Source: an uncultured delta proteobacterium (lineage in GTDB: Bacteria; Myxococcota_A; Polyangia; Fen-1088). From it: a DNA stretch of 64,000 bases. The stretch spans positions 320,001 to 384,000 of the forward strand of contig CAVTRY010000016.1 in assembly GCA_963737265.1 (NCBI GenBank), in the 5' to 3' direction. Shown here in pieces: positions 1-11,299 of the stretch; the stretch's first letter is position 1; each line of letters opens with the position of its first letter. The notes below the pieces were generated by a model, which saw only the letters and a program-made list of their open reading frames with translations, did no database searches and was not told the origin of the DNA. A program made the position numbers and the translations under genes.

Positions 1-23
1 TTCCACGGCCTAGCCCTCGCAAG

Positions 24-39
24 AGCAACACCGGGGCCA
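24..39 (-). promoter_or_regulatory. Putative sigma-54 (-24/-12) promoter for a gene left of the window
   Basis: Minus strand TGGCCCCGGTGTTGCT fits TGGC...TTGCW with GG-N10-GC spacing; IHF-like TTTCAATAGGTTA at 66-78; palindrome TGCCAATTTGGCA at 103-115. Confidence 0.55.
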
Positions 40-119
40 GATCCATGCCGCGGCAAACGTAGCTATTTCAATAGGTTAGCATCAGACCGCGATCGGTTCT
101 TCTGCCAATTTGGCACGGC

Positions 120-1592
120 CTAGACGGTAGGCTCGCCAGCTGCGGAATCGGCCTCGTCACTCGCCGAACGATCTTCGTCGGCCAAAACGCCATCCCGGTC
201 TTCTTCGAGCCGCCGGTAAATGGTTCGGGTGGCGATGCCTAGAAGCTGAGCGCATAGACGTTTGTCACCGCCCACATGGTTCAACGTGGAATGAATCACA
301 CGACGTTCGATCTCGGCCAAGGGCGTGCCGATGGCGAACGTGACGCTCTTGGCGTCGCTCGCGCTGCCCACCCCCGTGCGCACCTCGACCGGCAAATCGT
401 CCAGCTCGACCGCGCCTCCGCGCGACAGGACCACCGCGCGCTCGATGGTATTCTCCAGCTCGCGCACGTTGCCCGGCCATTCGTAGCGCATCAAGGCCTC
501 GGCCGCCGGCCGAGCGAAACCGGACAGGTGACGGCCGTTGCGTTCGCAGAAGAGACGCAGGAAGTGCTCCGCCAGCAAGGGAATGTCGTCGCGGCGTTCG
601 CGCAAAGGTGGCATGCGCAAGGCAATGACGTTGAGACGGTAGAAGAGATCTTCGCGGAAGCGACCTTCTTTGACGGCGGCGCGTAGGTCCTGATTGGTGG
701 CCGAAACCAAGCGCAAATCGACCTTCGTCGTGCGTCCGCCCAAGCGCTCGACCTCGCCTTCTTGCAGGACACGCAGCAGCTTCACCTGAACGTGGATGGG
801 GATCTCGCCGATTTCGTCGAGAAAAAGAGTCCCGCCGTCGGCTTGCAGAAAGCGGCCGTCGTGGCGCTGCACCGCGCCCGTGAACGCCCCGCGCTCGTAG
901 CCGAACAGCTCGGCTTCCAGAATAGTCTCTGGCAAGGCCGCGCAGTTCACCGGCACGAACGGCCCCGACGGACGTTGCGACGAGCGATGAATGGCCCGCG
1001 CAATGAGCTCTTTTCCGGTGCCGGATTCCCCGAGCAGAAGAACGGTGGCCATCGACGGCGCCGCCTGTGCCACGGTCTCCATCAGCCGGCGCCAAGGCAG
1101 CGACTGGCCGACGATAGCCTTGTGCCGCTCGGCCTCAAGCTGGGCGCGCAGCGACCGGTTTTCCTGTACCAGGTTGCGCTTCTCGAGCGCTTTGGTCACT
1201 GCGCGCACGACGGAAGCACGTTTGAGCGGCTTGGTGACGAAGTCGTAGGCGCCGTGCCTCATAGCGTCCACCGCGTTTTCCACGGTCCCGTACGCGGTCA
1301 TTAGAATGGTCTCGGTCTCGGGCGAGACGCTGCGACTGGCTTTGAGCAAGTCAAGGCCAGACATTCCAGGCATCACCAAGTCGGTGAGCAAGACGGACAC
1401 TGGCTCGTGCCGCAAAAGATCGAGAGCCTCGGCGCCGCTCTTGGCCGTCAGAACCCGCAGCGATTCCTTTTCAAAGATCTTGGCAAGGGGCTCCACGATT
1501 CCGGGTTCGTCATCCACGACAAGAATGGTTGGCAAAGGCCGCCCCGCGGCTTGCGCCGCCTGTGTACTATCGCCTCCTTCGTCTTTAGTCAC
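120..1592 (-). CDS. Sigma-54-dependent response regulator (NtrC/AtoC family: REC-AAA+-HTH)
   Basis: REC (ILVVDDE, TDLVMP), Walker A GESGTGKE, GAFTGA, Walker B LFLDEIGE, WPGNVRELEN, C-terminal Fis-type HTH. Confidence 0.95.
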   Translation of the reverse strand: MTKDEGGDSTQAAQAAGRPLPTILVVDDEPGIVEPLAKIFEKESLRVLTAKSGAEALDLLRHEPVSVLLTDLVMPGMSGLDLLKASRSVSPETETILMTAYGTVENAVDAMRHGAYDFVTKPLKRASVVRAVTKALEKRNLVQENRSLRAQLEAERHKAIVGQSLPWRRLMETVAQAAPSMATVLLLGESGTGKELIARAIHRSSQRPSGPFVPVNCAALPETILEAELFGYERGAFTGAVQRHDGRFLQADGGTLFLDEIGEIPIHVQVKLLRVLQEGEVERLGGRTTKVDLRLVSATNQDLRAAVKEGRFREDLFYRLNVIALRMPPLRERRDDIPLLAEHFLRLFCERNGRHLSGFARPAAEALMRYEWPGNVRELENTIERAVVLSRGGAVELDDLPVEVRTGVGSASDAKSVTFAIGTPLAEIERRVIHSTLNHVGGDKRLCAQLLGIATRTIYRRLEEDRDGVLADEDRSASDEADSAAGEPTV

Positions 1593-1775
1593 TCCGCGTA
1601 CCTATCTCAACCTCGATACTTCAACCTTGATGCCAACCCAACGGGCGCAGGCTTCTTGGCTCAACCCTCCGTAATCATTCGATCTGGCAGGTAGAAGGAC
1701 GCGACTAGACATCACGAGTTTGCCATTATGGCACGGACCATGCCGAATTGCTTACGGGATTGACAACATGACAAG

Positions 1776-4215
1776 CTACTGCACGGTCAGGTCAGCTTGA
1801 GCCCGCACGTCGGCGGATGAGCTTCCCACCATGATGTGAACCGTGCCGGGCTGGACCTTGAATGCCTTGCCGTTGGTGTCCCAGTAGGCGAGCTGGCTGT
1901 AGTTGAGCGGCAGCGACACGGTCTGTTTCGCCCCGGCCGCCAGGTTGATACGCTTGAATCCTTGCAGTTGCTTGGTCGGCCTGGGCACGCCCGTCGTGGT
2001 CGGATAGCTCACGTAAAGCTCAACCACCTCGTCGCCAGCGCGCGTGCCGCTGTTGGTGACATCCACGCTGACCGTGACCTGCTGGCCTTGGGAAAGCGTG
2101 GGCGCGCTCAGGCTCGCCGTGGTCGAATAGGTGAAGGTCGTGTAGCTTAGGCCAAATCCAAACGGATAAAGAGGCAACCCTGTGAAATACATATAGGTGC
2201 GGCCCTTGCGAATGTCGTAATCCGTCTTGGCCGGGAGATCGGTCAAGGCCTTGTACCAGGTCACTGACGTCCGGCCACCGGGGTTGTAGGCGCCGAACAG
2301 CACGTCGGCCAGTCCATTGCCCAGCTCTTGGCTGGAATGGGTGATGTGAACGATGGCCGGCACGCTGGCTTGAACCTGGGTGATGGCCTGCATGAAGCTC
2401 GAACATCAACACGACGATGGTGCGCTTGTTGACCGCAAGAACTTGCTGGATGAGTGTCCCTTGCTCGGGCTTGAGATCGATAGCGCCGCGATCCACGGCT
2501 TCCTTGCTGTCGTAGATGCTCGGGCAGTCTTCCCAGGCGGTGGTGCCGCAAATCGGATTGTTCCCGACCACCACAATGGCCGCGTCCGAGCTGGCCGCGA
2601 TGGTGGCGGCCTGGCCCGTGCTGTTGTCGAGGGCATAGCGCACGTTCACGCTGGTACCGACCGCCGCTTTGATCCCGGCCAGCGCGGTAACCGTGTAGGG
2701 CGGCTTGCCGCCGTACCAATCCGAAATATCCACGTCGGCATTGGGGCCTATGACAGCAAGGGACTTCAACGTGGTCTCGTCGAGCGGCAGGGTGTTACCG
2801 TCGTTCTTGAGCAACACAATCGACTCCTGCGTCACCTTGCGCGCCAGCGCCTTGGCCGTGTCGCTGGTCCACGGCGTCGAGCTTCCGTCGACTGTCGAGT
2901 ACGGAATTTGCCCCGCCGGATCGAACTCGCCGAGGCGAAAGCGCATACGAAAGTTCCCGCGGAGTGCGGCGTCCATGTCGGCGGTGACGAGCTTCTTGTC
3001 CGTGTAGGCTTGTTGCATGGCCGTGGCATCGCCGGCCAAGATGACGGCGGTGCCAGCCTTGACCGTGCCCGCGGCAGCATCTTCCACGGTCGGGAAGTAT
3101 TTGTAGCTGGTCGATGCCGCTTGCATCGCGCCCGCGTCCGTGCAGATCATGCCGTCGAAGCCCCACTCGCCGATTACCGTGCTCTTGATGACCGGCGAAA
3201 CGACGGCCGGAACGCCGTTGACGGCATTGTAGGACGTCATGAAGGACTGCCCCTTGGCGTTTATCAGCGTCTCGTAGAAGGGAACCAGGTAATACTCGCG
3301 CAGGTTCCTGTCATCGACGATGACGTTGTTGTCGCCGCGGTTTTGCTCCTGATTGTAGACAAAGAAGTGCTTCATAGTCGCGGCTTCATGCACGTAGGTC
3401 GGATCGCTTCCTTGCAGGCCACGCACGAGCGCCTTGGCCAGCGCGCCGACCAGATAGGGATCCTCGCCCAGACTTTCCTCGGCACGGCCGGCGCGCGGAT
3501 CTCGCGACAGATCCACCACTGGCGCGCGCAGAACCAGGCCGGAGTGTGTCCCGTTGTACTTCTTGTTGTAGACGCGGGCTTCGTTTGCGACCTGAGCGAA
3601 AGCTTGGGTGAGCAAATCGGGATCCCAGGTCTCGCCCAATCCCGACGCCTGCGGGAACTGCGTCGATAAAATGGCCGACTCGTTGGCGGCCCAGCCGAGC
3701 CCGTGGAGGCCTTCGGTGAAAGTCGTGAACGCAGCGATTCCCAGTCGGGAGATGGCGGGTTGGTACTCGGTGAGCAGCGACACCTTCTCTTGATCGGTGA
3801 GCAGGCTCAAGAGATTGGTCACGCGATCCTCAAGAGGAAGGCAAGGATTTAGGAACGGATAGGGATAGGTGGCCGTACCTACACAGCTAGGCGCGGACGA
3901 TCCGCCCGCGCCGTTCACGCTACCTCCACTTGTGCCGCCAGCGCCGAGTGCCGCACCGCCAGCCGCCGGCGTGCCGCCAGCAGCTCTGCCGCCAGCTGGG
4001 TTGCCACCTGAACCCGACGATCCGCCGAACGATCTACCGCCCGTCGCCGATGAGTCGCCGCCGCCGGCGGCGCCGCTGCCACCGGCCGGCGCGTTCTGGC
4101 CCAAGCCGCCGCCGCCGCCAGCACCACCCGTGGCCTTGGTCGTGCCGCCCGAACAACCGAGGCCAGCGAGGACGAGCCCAGACAATAGAATCAAACGAGC
4201 CGACTGCTTACGCAT
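1776..4215 (-). CDS. GH3 beta-glucosidase/xylosidase lipoprotein with C-terminal Fn3-like domain; +1 frameshift at about 2403
   Basis: Lipobox LAGLGC, Gly-rich linker, GH3 motifs (EGLHG, GEDP, KHF, SYN, ICTD, LLKN); ORF 1776..2393 continues the fold (PLYPFGFGLSYTTF, GDEVVELY, KQLQGF); deleting one base restores VVLM-SSFMQAIT. Confidence 0.88.
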
Positions 4216-4330
4216 TCATATCCTACAACTGCTGGGGAACCCGGCGTCCCGACCAGTGTTGCAATGTTCCAATGTTAAACGATGGCTGGAAGCTTCTATG
4301 GGAGCCGAACCGCGCGAGCTCGTCTCGCGC

Positions 4331-5200
4331 CTACGCTTCCGGCACGACGTCGACGGCTACGTGCAGGTCGTGGCGGCCGCCGCCGAGGATCACGCCGCGC
4401 AGGGGGGTGACGTCGCCGAAGTCGCGGCCGATGCCGAGGGTGATGTGGCGATTCCCGACCACGGTATTGTTGGTGGGATCGAGATCCACGAAACCGAAGC
4501 GCGGCGAAAAAACCGAAAGCCAGGCATGCGAGGCGTCGGCGCCCACCAGGCGGGGCTGGCCGGGCGGCGGCGCGGTGACCAGGTAGCCACTCACGTAGCG
4601 CGCGGAAAGGCCGAGACCGCGCAGGCAGGCAATCATCAGGTGGGAGAAATCTTGGCAAACGCCGCGGCGTTTGCTGAAGACCTCGTCGAGCGGAGTGGCG
4701 ATGGTGGTAGCGCGCGGGTCGTAGGTAAAGTCGGCGTGCAGCCGCGCCATGAGCGCAAGACAACTCCGGAGCATGGGCCGTCCGAGGGCAAAGGCATCGC
4801 GGGCGTAGGCGCGCAGTTCCGGCCAAGGAACGACAAACGGGGACGGGAAGGCCATCTCTTGCGCGTGCAGGTCGGCGCGCCCTTGGGCGACTTCGGCCGC
4901 GGCTTCCTCCCACGCCACATCGTCGTCGGCCGAAATCGCGCCTGGCGAGGCCACCACGACGCGACTTTGCGCGACCACGGTGAGGGTCGAATGCGCGACC
5001 GCAAGCACGAGGTGCGTAGCGCGATTGCCGAAGTAGTCCACGCGCTCCTGGCACACGCTGGGCGTGGGGCTGATTTCGAGACCCGACGACAAGCAGCGTT
5101 GGTGGGCCAGATCGCGCGGCAAGAGGTGCAAGTCGTGCTGTGAATTGGTGACGTTCTCGGCGTAGCGATAGCGGGTCACGTGGCGAATGAGGTACTTCAC
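4331..5200 (-). CDS. Transglutaminase-like protein (bacterial N-terminal domain plus catalytic core)
   Basis: GTG start overlaps the upstream stop (GTGA); YLIRHVTRYRY, GVCQDF, RYVSGYL, SHAW, DPTN, GRDFGDV. Confidence 0.9.
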   Translation of the reverse strand: MKYLIRHVTRYRYAENVTNSQHDLHLLPRDLAHQRCLSSGLEISPTPSVCQERVDYFGNRATHLVLAVAHSTLTVVAQSRVVVASPGAISADDDVAWEEAAAEVAQGRADLHAQEMAFPSPFVVPWPELRAYARDAFALGRPMLRSCLALMARLHADFTYDPRATTIATPLDEVFSKRRGVCQDFSHLMIACLRGLGLSARYVSGYLVTAPPPGQPRLVGADASHAWLSVFSPRFGFVDLDPTNNTVVGNRHITLGIGRDFGDVTPLRGVILGGGRHDLHVAVDVVPEA

Positions 5201-7740
5201 CCCGCGCTCCCCTTGGCCAGATCCTCGGCCAGCGGGCGCGCCATGAGCGCGTGGTTGAGGTAGCCGCCGCATAGCTGCTCCGAGAGCAAGGTGAGGTCGG
5301 CTTCGATGTCGCCCAGAATGGCGTGGATCGCGGGACGCTCGCCATCGCCACGCGGCTGGCAGACTGGAATCACGTCGAGCAATTGCAGGCGCGTGAGCGC
5401 GCCCAGGGCGAGGCGCTCTTCCGGCCGCAGGCGCGCCTGGGTGGCCTCGCGAGGCAAGACGAGCAAGTGATCGCGCAGGGCCGCGATCTGAAACAACACC
5501 GCGCGCGGATTGCTGTCGTCGACCAACAATAGGTCGACCACGGCGGCCGGGTGCAGGCCGGCCAAATAGCGGCGCCGGTAGGTGATGCTGCTGTCGGCGA
5601 CGGCAAGCAGGGTCTCCAAGAGCGCGCCATCGCTTTCCGCGCCCGAGGCAAAGGCCGCGCGCAACAGCGACAGCAGTTGCAAGGCGCGTTCGAGGCGGCG
5701 TCCCATGTCGAGGAAACGCCAGCCATGGCCGCGGGTCATGCTTTCCATGGCCAGGCCGGAAAGGGCCGACAGGCTGCTGATGACCCGATCGAGAAACGCG
5801 GTCAGCGTGCCGAGCGAGTGATGCTCGGCCAGGCCCTCGGCGCGCAGGGTCTCGTCGCCGAGGGCGCCCAGCACGCGAAAGGTGTCGGCGGACAGACGAT
5901 CGCGAACCGCCGCCGCCGAACGCACCGCCGCGCGCAGGGTGTTGTGCAGCGATCCCGCCGGCACCGACGAACAGAGGGCGCGCGCCAGCCACGCCATCGG
6001 CGGCGTGGAGGTCACGGGCTCGCTCTCGGTGGCGGTGGCGAGCACGTCGAACAAGGTTGTCAAGGCCGGCGACAGCGGCGACGTGATGTCGGCGCCGCCC
6101 ACGTCGGCCAGCCGCCCAAGCAGGTGGCGCGCCAGCCGAGCCATGGCCTCGGCCCGCTCGGCGTAGCGGCCGAGCCAGAAGAGATTGTCGGCGCTGCGGC
6201 TCGGCAAATCGGCGCCTCCGCGCGACAGCTCGACGGAAAGGGTCGCGGGCGGAAGCAGGCTGAAGTGGCCGACCGGTCGTTCGCTGCGGACCCACAGATC
6301 CTTGGCCAACGCGCCTTGGACCGCGGCGATGACCGGATCGCGCGCGTCGGCCGCGGCTAGCGACAGCCCACCCGGCATGACCAGGTAGTCTTCCCCGGCA
6401 AAGACCGCGTAGCCGCGCACCACGAAGGAACGCGGCACGAGATCGGTTCCCGCCAACACCGGCGCGCATGCGGGTACGAGGTATTCTTGGGCGACGAAAG
6501 ACTCGGGACTGGCACGCAAGCGCGACAGGAAGGTCGCGCGAGCCTCGCCACGCAATTGTTCGCCGACCACCAGGGACGGGCCGGCCCCCGGCCACGCCGG
6601 CCGAATCATCATGCCGTCGAGGTGAGCCTCCACATGCGACAGGGCCGCGGGCTCGCCACACCAGAACGAAGGCGCGCTGGCGAGGCGCAAGTCGTCGCCG
6701 AGGAACAGGCGCGCAATCTTGGGCAGGAAGGGCAGGAACGCGGGCGACTGCAAAAGCCCGGTGCCGAGCGCGTTAGCCACCGCCACCTGACCAGCGCGTA
6801 CCGCCTCGATGAGCCCGGGCACACCGAGGCTGGAATCGGGGCGCAGCTCGAGCGGATCGCAATAGTCGTCCTCGGGCTGGCGAAAGATCACGTCCACCGG
6901 GGAGAGCCCGCCCAGGGTTTTGAGGAACACGCGCCGGTCGCGCACGGTGAGGTCGCCGCCTTCGACCAAGGGATAGCCGAGGTATTGGGCCAAGAAGGCC
7001 TGCTCGAAGTAAGTGGGACTCCATGCCCCCGAGCTTTGCAAGACGATGTGCGGGTTCTCGCGCGCGACTGGTACGAGCGAGGCCAGGGTCTCGCGCAGGG
7101 TGCGGAAGAAGGGCGCCAGGCGCTCGACGTTGCTCTTGCGAAACGGCTCTTCCAGGGCCTGCGACATGACCAGACGATTTTCAAGCGCGTAGCCCGCGCC
7201 GGTGGGCGCCTGCGTGCGATCGCGCAGAACGCGGAAGGAACCCGCCCGCGTGCGAACCACGTCGGCGGCGTAGAGGTGAATGTGGCGTGCAAGGCCAAGA
7301 CCGTGACAAGGGCGCAGGAAGGTCGGGTTGCCGAGAACCAAACGAGCCGGCAACAATCCCTCGCGCAGAAGCCGTTGCGGGCCGTAGAGATCGGCCAGCA
7401 CCATTTCCAGCAGGCGCGCGCGCTGGGCGAGCCCGGTCGCTAGCTCGGCAAACTCGCCGGGGTCGAGCAGCGAGGGTATGGGATCGAGGTTCCACGTTCG
7501 CTCGCCTGCTTGCCTGTCCCCCGGAGCGCTGTAGCTGACGCCGTGATCGCGAACCAGCTGGCGCACTTGTTCGGCGCGCTGGCGCAGCCCCGCGACGCCA
7601 AGACCGTCGAGAAAATCGGTCAAGGTCCGGGCCGGCGGGCGCACCTGGCCGGCTTCGTCGACAAACTCGTCCCAGCGCCCCGCCGGGGGACGGTAGTGAA
7701 CGAAAAATGGACTTGCGGGCGGCGGGGTGACTTCCTGCAT
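5197..7740 (-). CDS. Circularly permuted type 2 ATP-grasp protein fused to an alpha-E domain
   Basis: DRTQAPTGAGYALENR, DPLELRPDSSLGVPGL, MPGGL, KDLWV; then LPSRSADNLFWLGRYAERAE and GWRFLDMGRRLER. Confidence 0.92.
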   Translation of the reverse strand: MQEVTPPPASPFFVHYRPPAGRWDEFVDEAGQVRPPARTLTDFLDGLGVAGLRQRAEQVRQLVRDHGVSYSAPGDRQAGERTWNLDPIPSLLDPGEFAELATGLAQRARLLEMVLADLYGPQRLLREGLLPARLVLGNPTFLRPCHGLGLARHIHLYAADVVRTRAGSFRVLRDRTQAPTGAGYALENRLVMSQALEEPFRKSNVERLAPFFRTLRETLASLVPVARENPHIVLQSSGAWSPTYFEQAFLAQYLGYPLVEGGDLTVRDRRVFLKTLGGLSPVDVIFRQPEDDYCDPLELRPDSSLGVPGLIEAVRAGQVAVANALGTGLLQSPAFLPFLPKIARLFLGDDLRLASAPSFWCGEPAALSHVEAHLDGMMIRPAWPGAGPSLVVGEQLRGEARATFLSRLRASPESFVAQEYLVPACAPVLAGTDLVPRSFVVRGYAVFAGEDYLVMPGGLSLAAADARDPVIAAVQGALAKDLWVRSERPVGHFSLLPPATLSVELSRGGADLPSRSADNLFWLGRYAERAEAMARLARHLLGRLADVGGADITSPLSPALTTLFDVLATATESEPVTSTPPMAWLARALCSSVPAGSLHNTLRAAVRSAAAVRDRLSADTFRVLGALGDETLRAEGLAEHHSLGTLTAFLDRVISSLSALSGLAMESMTRGHGWRFLDMGRRLERALQLLSLLRAAFASGAESDGALLETLLAVADSSITYRRRYLAGLHPAAVVDLLLVDDSNPRAVLFQIAALRDHLLVLPREATQARLRPEERLALGALTRLQLLDVIPVCQPRGDGERPAIHAILGDIEADLTLLSEQLCGGYLNHALMARPLAEDLAKGSAG

Positions 7741-7764
7741 GCAGTTACGTCTCGCTGAACCACC

Positions 7765-10700
7765 TCATCGTCGCAGATCTAGGGTCAACGGGAACAGAGG
7801 ATTCGCCTCCTCCGGCGGCGCGGTACCGGCTCCGGGCGAATGCCCGAAGGGAAAGAAACGTGCCTTGCGGCGGCTTTCGGCCTCAAGCGCATTGCGCGGC
7901 CGCGCGTCGAACGACAATCCGCCGGGGTGAGACACGTGGTAGGTGCAGCCGCCCACCGCGCGGCCATTCCACTCGTCGAAGACATCGAACACCAGCGGCG
8001 CGTGCACGGGAATGTTCGGGTGCAACGCCTCGGGGGGCTGCCAGGCGCGAAAGCGAACCCCCGCCACGAATTCACCTGGCGAGCCGGTGGACGTGAGCGG
8101 CAGCCGGCGCCCATTGCAAAAAAGCACGTGCCGCCCGTCGGTCAAGTTGCGTACGCGGATCTGCAGCCGCTCCAGCGACGAGTCCACGTAACGGGCGGTG
8201 CCGCCCACCGCGCCCTGTTCCGCCAGCACGTGCCAGGGTTCGAGCGCCCGGCGCAATTCGACGTCGAGCGAACGGACGTTGATGGCACCGATGAAGGGAA
8301 AGCGAAATTCGAAATGGGGACGGAACCACTCCGCTTCAAAGCCCAACCCGGCGTTGGCAAGATCCGCGACGACATCCTCGAAATCTTCGTGGACGAAATA
8401 GGGCAGCATGAAACGGTCGTGCAGCGCCGTTCCCCAGCGCACCAGGCGCTGTTGGTAGGGCGTTCGCCAAACCATCGCCACCAGCCCGCGCACCAGGAGC
8501 TGCTGGGCCAGACTCATGCGCGCGTGGGGCGGCATCTCGAAATTGCGCAGCTCCAGGATCCCCTGGCGGCCCGACGCCACGTCGGGGTTGTAGAGCTTGT
8601 CGATGCAAAACTCGGCGCGGTGGGTGTTGCCGGTGACGTCCACCAGCAGGTGGCGAAACAATCGGTCCACCCGCCACGGTACGCAGGTAGCGCCGGGTTC
8701 AATCTGGCGAAAGGCAATATCCAGCTCCGCCAGCGAATCTTGCCGGGCTTCGTCCACGCGAGGTGCCTGACTGGTGGGGCCGATGAACAGGCCCGAAAAC
8801 AAATACGACAGCGATGGGTGGTTGTTCCAGTAGGCGACCAAGCTGCGCAGCAGATCGGGACGGCGCAGGAGCGGGCTGTCCGCTGGCGTGCGCCCACCCA
8901 AGGTGATGTGATTGCCGCCTCCGGTGCCGCTGTGCCGGCCGTCGAGGTCGAATTTCTCGGTCGACAAGCCCACCTGGCGCGCCTCTTCATAGAGCACGGT
9001 GGTGACCTCGGTCAGACCTTGCCATGCGTACGAGGGTTGGATGTTCACCTCGAGCACGCCGGGATCAGGGGTCAGCTCGAACTTCACCAACCGCGCATCG
9101 GCCGGCGGCGGATACCCTTCGAGGCGCACCGGCAAGGAAAGCGCGACCGCCGTGCCTTCGATGGCGCTCACTAGCTCAAGGTAGGCCCCGAGCGCGGACA
9201 CGGGTGGCAAGAACACATGCAAGATGCCGCCCCGGGGCTCCACGCAAAGCGCGGTTCGCAGCAAGGCGGACGCGGATTGTCCCTTGGTGGGCGGCGGATC
9301 GTTGCCGATCCCTTGCAAGGCGGGCGCGGCCTGCAACAACACGCGCGCAGGCAACGGTGGCTGCTGCGCCAGCGGATCGGGATCGTAGATCGCCTCTCTG
9401 TCGCCGGGGGCTACCCACGGCAGGGAATCGAGCGGCAGGCGATAGCCCATGGGCGAATCGCCGGGCAGCAGAAACAGGTGCTCGCGGCGCAGGTGCCAGG
9501 GCCCGCTGCGCCAGCCCCGATCGGCGTCGCGCGCGAGCGGCAGGGCGTAGCCGACAATGGCGCCGAGCGAATTGCCGAACACCTTGGCCAAGCGCTTGCG
9601 TTCGAGCTCGTCGTCCAAACGCGCATCCAAGGGATCGACGTTGACGGGCAGATTGCGCTCGCGCCACAGGTAGTACCAAACATCTTCGTAGCCCGGCAGT
9701 AGGTGGTTCGCGGCCACACCCAGGCGCCGCGCCAGCTCGACCACGAAGGCGGATGCTTCGGCGGCGCCGTGCGCGGGATGCAGGCCATCCTCGGCCACCA
9801 GTAGGCCTGCGTCATCCCAAATCGGGATTCGATCGGTCCGGTAGTAGCACGCAATCGTCCAGCGAGGCAGCGGCTCGCCGGGATACCATTTTCCCTGCCC
9901 GTGGTGAAGGACACCGCCCGGCGCGAAGCGTCCCTTGAGCCGGCGCGCCAGCGTATCGGCGAGGCGAAACTTAGCGCCGCCGAGCGCGGCCGTGTTCCAC
10001 TCGGGCGCATCCGGCTCCGAGCTCGAACACGAAGGTCGGCTCGCCGCCCATGGATAGCCGAACGTCCTGCGCCTCCAGCGCGCGGTCCACGACTTCGCCC
10101 AAGCTCTGCACACGCGCCCAGGCCTCGTCGCTGTAGGGCTTGGTGCTGCGCGGAGCTTCGGCCACCCGCTCCACAGTCATGGCGAAAGAGAACGATTCGC
10201 CGAGCTTGTCGTCCTCGCTTCGCTTGTCCCACGCGAAGGTCCCGGTGATCGGCGCGGCCGAGCCGGGCTCGGGCGTGCAAGCCAAAGGAATGTGCCCTTC
10301 GCCCGCCAGGAGCCCGCTCGTGGCATCGAAACCGACCCACCCGGCACCAGGCAAGAACACCTCCGTCCAGGCGTGCAGATCGGCCACGTCGTCGGCCACC
10401 CCGGCGGGTCCCACCACGGGTTTTTCATCGGGCCGCAGCTGGATCGAATAGCCCGAGGCGAAGCGCGTGGCAAAACCGAGGTGGCGCAGCAGTTGGCACT
10501 GCAGCCAGGCGAAGTCGCGACACGAACCGTGGCCCAAGGTCAAGGTCCGTTCGGGCGTGAACACGCCGGGTTCCATACGAATGTCGTAGCGAAGCGCGCG
10601 CTGAACGTGTTGGTTGATATCGACCAGCACATCGATGGTGCGGCGATCGGCGCGAGCGTATTGGGTTCGACAGTCCCCGATCAAGCCAGCCATGCGCGAT

Positions 10701-11065
10701 TCGACCGGAAGGGTGTCGAAATACGGCTGAAGCTCGCGCTTCAGGGCAGCGTCGTAGCGCAGCGGGTGCTTCTCGGCATCCTCTTCGAGAAAAAAGTCGA
10801 ACGGATTGACGGTGACGAGATCCGCGACCAGATCCACCGCGACTTCCAACGCGGCTGCCGGTTCGAGGAAGACGAGTCGCGCCTGAAAATTGCCAAACGG
10901 ATCTTGCTGCCAATTCAGGAAATGCTTTTCCGGAATTATCTTCAGCGCGTACGCTTCGATGGTCGAGCGCGTGTGGGGCGCGGGCCGAAGCCGGACCACG
11001 TGGGGAGAAAAGGTAACGGGACGATCATACGCATAGCGGGTGATGTGATGTAGGGTGACTCGCAC
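7765..11065 (-). CDS. Transglutaminase N-terminus fused to DUF2126 putative amidoligase; +1 frameshift at about 10027
   Basis: ORF 9971..11173 (LHHITRYAY, GSCRDFA, DLHAWTE, MGGEPTFV) joins ORF 7765..10113 (EWNTAALG, GQGKWYPGEPLPRW, DPGVLEVN, GTGGGNH, NTHRAEF); start codon approximate. Confidence 0.87.
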
Positions 11066-11299
11066 AGTCGAAGGGTAGCCCGGCATCGGTATCCAGGGTG
11101 TTTCCGGCCGGTATGTTCGCGGCGACGAAATGCGCAGGTGATGAGCTTTGGGCGAAAGGCCCCCAACGCCCACGCTCTGAAGACACGAGGCACCTGGGGA
11201 AAACCATTTACCGATATTTCTCGGGCGCGAAACGCCCCGGCAATACGCGAGAGGTAGCCTACATGTGACCTCTTAACTAGACAAACCAGGTTCCCATTC

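Noticed and set aside
1729-1745. Sigma-54-like TGGCACGGACCATGC
   Set aside because: The plus-strand reading points into the 3' end of an antisense gene and the minus-strand match is weak; kept only as part of the palindrome
2396-2405. Programmed ribosomal frameshifting in GH3, DUF2126 or gltA
   Set aside because: No slippery heptamer seen, and I know of no recoding in these families; sequencing error is simpler
5201-6661. N-terminal extensions in the ORF track (4331..6661, 32699..35317, 34561..36186, 39197..42373, 38110..39411)
   Set aside because: They overlap real upstream genes in another frame; better starts with stop/start overlaps or family N-termini lie downstream
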